The translations under genes were made by a program, and so were the position numbers. Below the pieces are notes generated by a model. That model was not told where the DNA came from. It ran no database searches and saw nothing but the letters and a program-made list of their open reading frames with translations. A DNA stretch of 64,000 nt. Origin: Macrostomum lignano. Taxonomy: Eukaryota. Below are positions 39,985 through 64,000 of this stretch, in pieces. The DNA lies in assembly GCA_002269645.1 (NCBI GenBank), contig NIVC01000512.1, positions 79,967 to 143,966 on the forward strand, read 5' to 3'. Each line of letters begins with the position of its first letter. Position 1 is the stretch's first letter.

Positions 39985-42900
39985 ATCAGTAGTCAGCAGT
40001 ACTGAGCCAAGGTAGACGAACTGCTGACATTGCGGAATTCCCGCGCAGCCAGTCGCGGGGGAAAAACGCTGAGCACTGCGGTCTTTTGCGTGCTGACCAC
40101 CAGGCCGACACTCGCCGCAACAGCAACCAGCTTGTCCAGTTGTTGTTTAGTACCAAGCCCGGAAGGAACACCACGAGAAACAGAGGAACGCAGAGTTTGG
40201 CGAGAACACAGAGGCGAAGCAACGGCCTCCAAAGCCAAGACGAGGAGAAAACAAAAAAGGGGGAGAAAAAAGGAAAAAGAAAACCAAAAACGTTAGCAGG
40301 AGACGCAGAAGAACGCAGATAACATGCCGCTAAAAACAGGGCACCGACCCCCCGAGCAAAGGAAACAGACGCCGCCGCCGACTGACGGAACTGCGGCAGG
40401 TACCGCTGCTCCTCGCTGCTCCTCCAGTCCTCGATGCGCATGACATCCGACACGGGCAGACCCAGCGACGACGCCCAGGCCGCACCCCCTCGCCGCAGGC
40501 TGTGAGCGGAGAAAAACTCGCACTTGAAAACGGCCGCGGCCAGCTTGCTGCTGAGAAAGCGGTCCAGCTGCGGGCCCGTCAGCAAACGTCGGTTGCCCCG
40601 GGCATCGCAAAACGACCAGAGGGGCTGATCAGCCGACACCAACCGACTCTTACGGATGTGTCGCTCGAGGGCGGCGACAGGGCACAGTGCCAACCACCAA
40701 GCCAGTCTTGGGAGAAGGACCAGATGCACCCGCTCCTTAAACTGGATGGTCTTCCCGACATCGCAGCGCAGGACTAGACCCCTGGGGTGCCTCTGCAGGT
40801 TGGAGCGCTGCATAAGTGCTGGGCCCTTAGCTGTGCGGGGGAGCAGGCTGGACTTGCGGAGCATACCCCACCAGCAGCAGATGACTGCCGCCCAGCAAGC
40901 CAGCTGAGACCGGCAAGCCCCGTAGGCTTGGTGCTGCAGCTCCACCAGCATGAAGGAGGATACCGGCCGCTTCTTGGTAGCTCGCAGCCCCAACTCGCGC
41001 TTGGCGCCACGTAGAAGCTGTGCCGTGGCAGCATGCTTGGTCAGGTGTGGCGCAGAGTTGACTTGGAACCAGAGCGACAGGGAGCTGGCCACAGAGGAAA
41101 CACCACTGAAGGAGCGCATCCGGGTGCCCACAAGGTCAGCCAGATAGTTGAGCAATGCTACCACAGGACAGTGGACCGAGTCCCAACCAGATCGCAGGAC
41201 GTGTCTGTAGATGGGTCTCCTTGATGGTGGCGCATACGAGGCGCTCAACAGCGAGGCGGCGCGGTGGCTGAGAGGGAAACTGGGACCCAGCTTGGCGGCC
41301 TGTAAATGAAGGGAGGCGGCGGTGGCGGGGCAGAAAGTATGCATGTGCAGGGTCGCCAGCATCCACTGGCACACAGAACCATGACAACGGAGTAGTTGAA
41401 CAACTTTAACAACTGGCTAGGCTCATGCAGCCGAGAAGCCGCATCCGCAAAAATCTGGAACTCGCCTGGCACGTGGAAAGCACGAACACTCATCCCATAG
41501 CGCCGGCGCATGAGTGCCGCCGTCTGCAGCAGCCGCTGAAGTGGCGCACACTTGGAAACGCCCTTGTTGATAATGTGGCAGGCGGCTTGGTTGTCGCAAT
41601 ATATGTTGATCCTGGAGCCCTTGAGCTGCTCCCTCCAGCGAATGACGCCCAGCAGCGGTGCCACAGCTTCCTTCTGGTTGATGGGTAGCTCTACAAAAGC
41701 CGAGTCCGCATCCATCAACCAGTTTACATAGCACATAGCGTCGCACCGCCTCTTCCGCAAGCATCCGACTCGATGGCAACATCATTCACGTACCCGGGTC
41801 ACAACTTCGACCACCAACACGACTTCAACGAGACTGTCCACCAATGAAAAAGGCTCCGCAGCCGCTCATCGATTTTCATCCGCTGCCCTGGCCGAAGAGC
41901 ATTGCAACACTCGATCAACTCCCGCATGAACGTGCGCCCAGAACAGATAACCTGCGCCGCCCAACCGAGCTGCAATGACTGCCGACTAATTCTGGTTTTT
42001 CCCGTTTCCAGACAAGCTTCTCCTCCTTCTCATCCGACAGTTTCTACACCCCGGTGAGAGTCAAACTCGACACCCAAGAAGGACATACGCTGAGAGGGCC
42101 GCTGACGCTTGCCCCAGTTGACAGTAAAGCCCAAGCGAGTCACGAGGTCAGTCATCTGATCGAGAAATTTCTGACAGTCCTCACGCGAACCACAAAAGGC
42201 AAAGTCATCCAAGTACGCCTCAGTCCTGATGAAACCTCTCTGCACCATCATCAGCTTCATCACCTCGCTGAGCCTGTGAAAGCAGATCACCGAAGCCGCC
42301 GCTCCAAAGGGTAGCCTGGTGTCGTACATGTAGGACTCAGCGTTCGAGTCCCGAAAGCAAAACTTGATTCCAGTCCGGCTGAAGTCATCAGGGTGCACAC
42401 CAACCGCACGATAAGCTTCACTCAGGTCGACTTTGGTCATCCAGCATCCTCTAGTCAACTTCCTGGCAAGAAAAGCGCAGCTTCTCCTGACCGACCCACA
42501 TCCAATTGGCACAGCCACTGGCCGGCCGGCTACAGTCGTGAATCAGGTGCACCCGTTCGTTGTCTTTCGGCAGGGCACCGATGGCGCTCACAATCACAGG
42601 CCGCTGCCCCTTCGGGCACAGGCGGTGCAGCTCAACCTCTTTGTCGATCTGCTTCTCCACCAGTGTCATTCAGTCATTGACTAAGGCTAGCGACAGCGGG
42701 AACGCAGGAGCTCACTGCGAAACCGGGCATAAAAAACCCTCAGCAGGCGGAGGGGGAGGGCCGCTGCACACAGGAGGGCAGAAACCAACACAACGTACAA
42801 CCCCCACGCCAACCCCGCGCATGCACAAAGTTGCAAACCCAGCCCCCCCCCGGGGGTACTAAAGCTGGTCTGCTCATCGGCACTCCTCAGAACAAACGAA

Positions 42901-43000
42901 GACATGTGGACTCCCTGAACTGACTTTGACAACAGGGCAAGATCGTCGGCGTAGCCAAGCACCGACCCGCTTACAGAAGATCGATAGGGAACCAGGCGCG
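39985..43000 (-). mobile_element. RTE RT fragment split in two (42907-~43000 and ~39985-40146) by the YR element
   Basis: VLGYADDLALLSKSVQGV | QQQLDKLVAVAASVGLVVSTQKT..PQCQQFVYLG rejoins in frame; the last motif also occurs in the RTE at 4504-5196. Confidence 0.85.
40147..42906 (-). mobile_element. Tyrosine-recombinase (DIRS order, Ngaro-like arrangement) retrotransposon lacking gag
   Basis: RT (LIHDCSRP, KVDLSEAYR, RLPFG, YLDDF, FLGVEFDS), RNase H (ESDAC, INQKE, YCDNQ, FADAASR), overlapping an open YR frame (LRKSSL, GKT, CPV, HSLRRGG, EDW, QRY). No methyltransferase. RT/RH frameshifted. Confidence 0.9.
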
Positions 43001-43754
43001 TAGCCAGGATTCCGTAGAGATTCCGTAAATTGTTGTTTGTTGTTCCCTAATCCGAGCCCAACTGCTCTATAAACTCCTAAACTCCCTGTCTATCCCTGCC
43101 CCAACAATTTCCAAGCCTGACCTACTACTAGATAGTAGGATAAAAGCGTATCTGTATCTGCTTATGCAACTGCCCTATTTCAGAACAAACAGAGTTAATG
43201 TATCTTATGTCCATCTTGAACATATCACCTGTCTCCCACTCCATATGCTCAGCATGGATCTCCACGCCCGGGCGAATTATAATTAAGCGAACCTGAGGGA
43301 TTCCCCCTTAAGTTCCATAAAAATGCTGCAAACACAGCACTTAAGAATTTTTGATATGCCAGCTTACTGATTGTTGCCCTACCTGCATGGCTCAGACTCT
43401 TCCTCGCCAGCAATTCTTGCCTCTCCATCAAGCCGGGTGAAGTGTGGGCAATAAAACTTGCAGCTAATGAGGAAGCTGGGAATGAAGCATCGCCCTTCTA
43501 CGGGTCACCAATCAGCACTACCGTTGCTGCGTTGTCTTGCAGCAGGGCTCTGTAGTGCATTAGGAGCTCATGCAGTGCGCCCTTGTTGCAACTGTTGGTA
43601 CCTTAAGGCTATTATTCTCTTTTGAGCAACAAAATTTTACTGTTCCTCAAGTCATTTTAGTTATGTACGGCTCGTAATAAATTTAATCTAATGTTGCTTA
43701 TATTCTGAACTTTCTGGTACTCACGTGAGCTAAATACTGACACTTATGACCGTC

Positions 43755-44400
43755 GTAGATCCCAAATTCTGACAGTCAGAGATCCCAATTTTGACAGTCA
43801 CAGATCCCACATTCTGACAGTCATAGATCCCACATTCTGACAGTCATAGATCCCACATTCTGACAGTCATAGATCCCACATTCTGACAGTCATAGATCCC
43901 ACATTCTGACAGTCATAGATCCAAATTTTGACAGTCATAGATCCCACATTCTGACAGTCATAGATCCCACATTCTGACAGTCATAGATCCCACATTCTGA
44001 CAGTCATAGATCCCACATTCTGACAGTCATAGATCCCACATTCTGACAGTCATAGATCCCACATTCTGACAGTCATAGATCCCACATTCTGACAGTCATA
44101 GATCCCACATTCTGACAGTCATAGATCCAAATTTTGACAGTCATAGATCCCACATTCTGACAGTCATAGATCCCACATTCTAACAGTCATAGATCCCAAA
44201 TTCTGACAGTCATAGATCCCACATTCTGACAGTCATAGATCCCACAATCTGACAGTCATAGATCCCAAATTCTGACAGTCATAGATCCCACATTCTGACA
44301 GTCATAGATCCCACATTCTGACAGTCACAGATCCCACAATCTGACAGGCAGAGATCCCAAATTCTGACAGTCAGAGATCCCACATTCTGACAGTCATAGA
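43755..44400. repeat. 23-bp minisatellite
   Basis: Unit GACAGTCATAGATCCCACATTCT. Confidence 0.96.
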
Positions 44401-44619
44401 GTCTCATATTCCCTGATATACTACTTACTGAACTTCCTATCCATTCTAAGGCCCGTTAGCATTTCGCAGAAAATAGACATAACCATTGGGCGCTGACAAT
44501 GTCATTCTGCATTAGACAAAGCAATTAGTCAAACAGGGGCCCAGCATTCAGCCAAGGGCTCGCAGATTAAATTAGATTATTTTTACAGACAAAGACAGAC
44601 AGACTAACGCCGATGAGGT

Positions 44620-44650
44620 GTCTATAGATTGGCTCAGCCAATCAGCGACG
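44620..44650 (+). promoter_or_regulatory. Inverted pair of CCAAT boxes upstream of the signal-peptide exon
   Basis: gattggctcagccaatcag about 120 bp before ATG 44766. Confidence 0.5.
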
Positions 44651-44765
44651 GCCTGGCAATTCCTGGAATAGTCGCTTATTTAACACGGATATCGCCCTTG
44701 GTTTGGCTGCGGCCAAACTGCCACTGAATAAAACAAGAAAAGGAGAATAATAAAAATATTGCCGA

Positions 44766-62200
<17,435 letters not shown>

Positions 62201-62553
62201 GTGAGTCCCAGTCTGCCTGCACACAGTGTATCAGTTAGCTTACCTGTCAATTTTTTATCTTTCAGAAGGCGGACTCAGCTCTCGTCTCCCAAGTTAATTA
62301 AAACCTGAGCACTCGGTCTGTGGCTACTTCTTGAAGAAAAATTTTATCAAAGCGAACCGCTGCTCGTACAGGGTGTTCGCATATTTTTAGTTTAGCATCA
62401 TCTAAGCGAATTAATCTGCAAACTAATCTGCTAATGCAATTTTATCTGGCTTGTTGAGCTGACCGAGTGCTCAAGCTGATAGCTAGGCTGAGAATTAACA
62501 CTAGATTTAACAAATTGTAGCGGTTAAAACAAATTTTAGGGGTCTGATTTTAA

Positions 62554-62934
<381 letters not shown>

Positions 62935-63859
62935 TGAGTTGCCCAATATCTGTCCCACTGCCCATCATGAGAAGCCTCATTTCTCAGTTCAGCTCCCTAA
63001 ATCTTATCTGTTCGAATCGATCTCTCCCTCCTAAGAGTCCCCCTTTACCTGTCCATCTCCGATTCGCGATCAAATTTCATTTATCGAACTCATAAGCCCG
63101 CAATTCACACTGCACTGTCTGTGTGAGCATTGCAAGTCTGCACGTGTTCACAGCCAGATTTGCCCAGCAAAAATGATTACAATATATATGATTTTTACAG
63201 ATAAACATAGTGCAGTAGCAGCCGTCTATCCTTGCTAACATTGACTCGGTGGATAGATAATTCCAACTGGCCCCAGTGACCAGTTAGTGCTAACCAGTAA
63301 GTGCGCGCGAAAAGTGGCCCTTGGCAGCAGAGATGCAGCATAGATGATGCTGGGCAGATAAGCCAGAGGGGGAACAAGACCGAATGCGGTGGGAAAACTG
63401 GGAAAACATTGCCTAATTAGTAGGCAGCTTGTGTACACAGGTGAGAGGTTCAACTGTGTTGAGTGAGGGGTTCTGGTTGCCTAATTACCCCATGCCAGAA
63501 TTTCTATCGATAATGCAACTTTAAAATTCTTTCTTTCACCAATAATTCCACCAACAATTCTTTCATCGTTAATTTAGTTGTCAAAAGCAGCTGGGTTAAT
63601 TCCGCACCAACACGCATGAGCTTGTTCTTCAAGTGTCATCAGTTCTTTCCTATCTGCCTGCTTTTGACTCTGGGCAAGGGGGGGGGGGGTTGATGCTCGA
63701 GAACTCATCAAAACTGATTGCTAAATGATTTCCCCAAATCTAGACTGGCTGAGCACAAGCAACTTGTGCTGCATCAAACCAGACTCTCTGGTTTGCTGTT
63801 TATTGTTCTCGCTCTCACCCGAAATTCAAAATACGAGTACTTGGTCTTCTTGTCTGTCC

Positions 63860-64000
63860 CTCCTTCTCTACCCTCATTTCCCTTCTTGTCTTTCCTTGTG
63901 TTGTCTTTCCTTTTCTTGTCTTTCCTTTTCTTGTCTTTCCCTCCTTGTCTTTCCCTTCTTGTCTTTCCCTCCTTGTCTTTCCATCCTTGTTATTTCCTCC
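63860..64000. repeat. Pyrimidine-rich ~14-bp repeat running off the window edge
   Basis: cttgtctttcc(c/t) units. Confidence 0.8.

Noticed and set aside
40300-42906. Ngaro split direct repeats or DIRS1 internal complementary region
   Set aside because: Only a weak similarity (cagaagaacgcagataacatg versus cagaacaaacgaagacatg); no complement of the 5' terminal 43 bp was found.

Overview
Repeat-rich eukaryotic (animal) genomic DNA with GT-AG introns and no prokaryotic features. The style (GC-rich exons, kb-long intronic minisatellites, RTE, P and YR elements) suggests a flatworm such as Macrostomum; this is inference only. Three host genes: ILF2/NF45 (+, 18864-21320); an 8-exon coiled-coil gene (-, 21956-30221) reconstructed from consistent splice phases; and a signal peptide-Ig-EGF neuregulin/Vein-like gene (+, from 44766, running off the right edge). 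Bases 1-16.6 kb are a stack of decayed DNA transposons: a DDE transposase with a C-terminal Spindlin-like Tudor domain, a maT (DD37D) relic, an EnSpm/CACTA-like deletion derivative with a B-box/BEN accessory gene, and a P element with 44-bp TIRs. A twin-primed RTE insertion lies among them. Further right are a foldback element, a tyrosine-recombinase retroelement nested in an RTE fragment, an APE-RT-RNaseH LINE inside a GA-rich satellite, a 97-bp hairpin whose arms carry hammerhead ribozyme motifs, and about 20 mini/microsatellites. Best leads: the Spindlin-fused transposase and the inverted hammerhead pair. All domain calls are by-eye motif recognition; no database searches were run.
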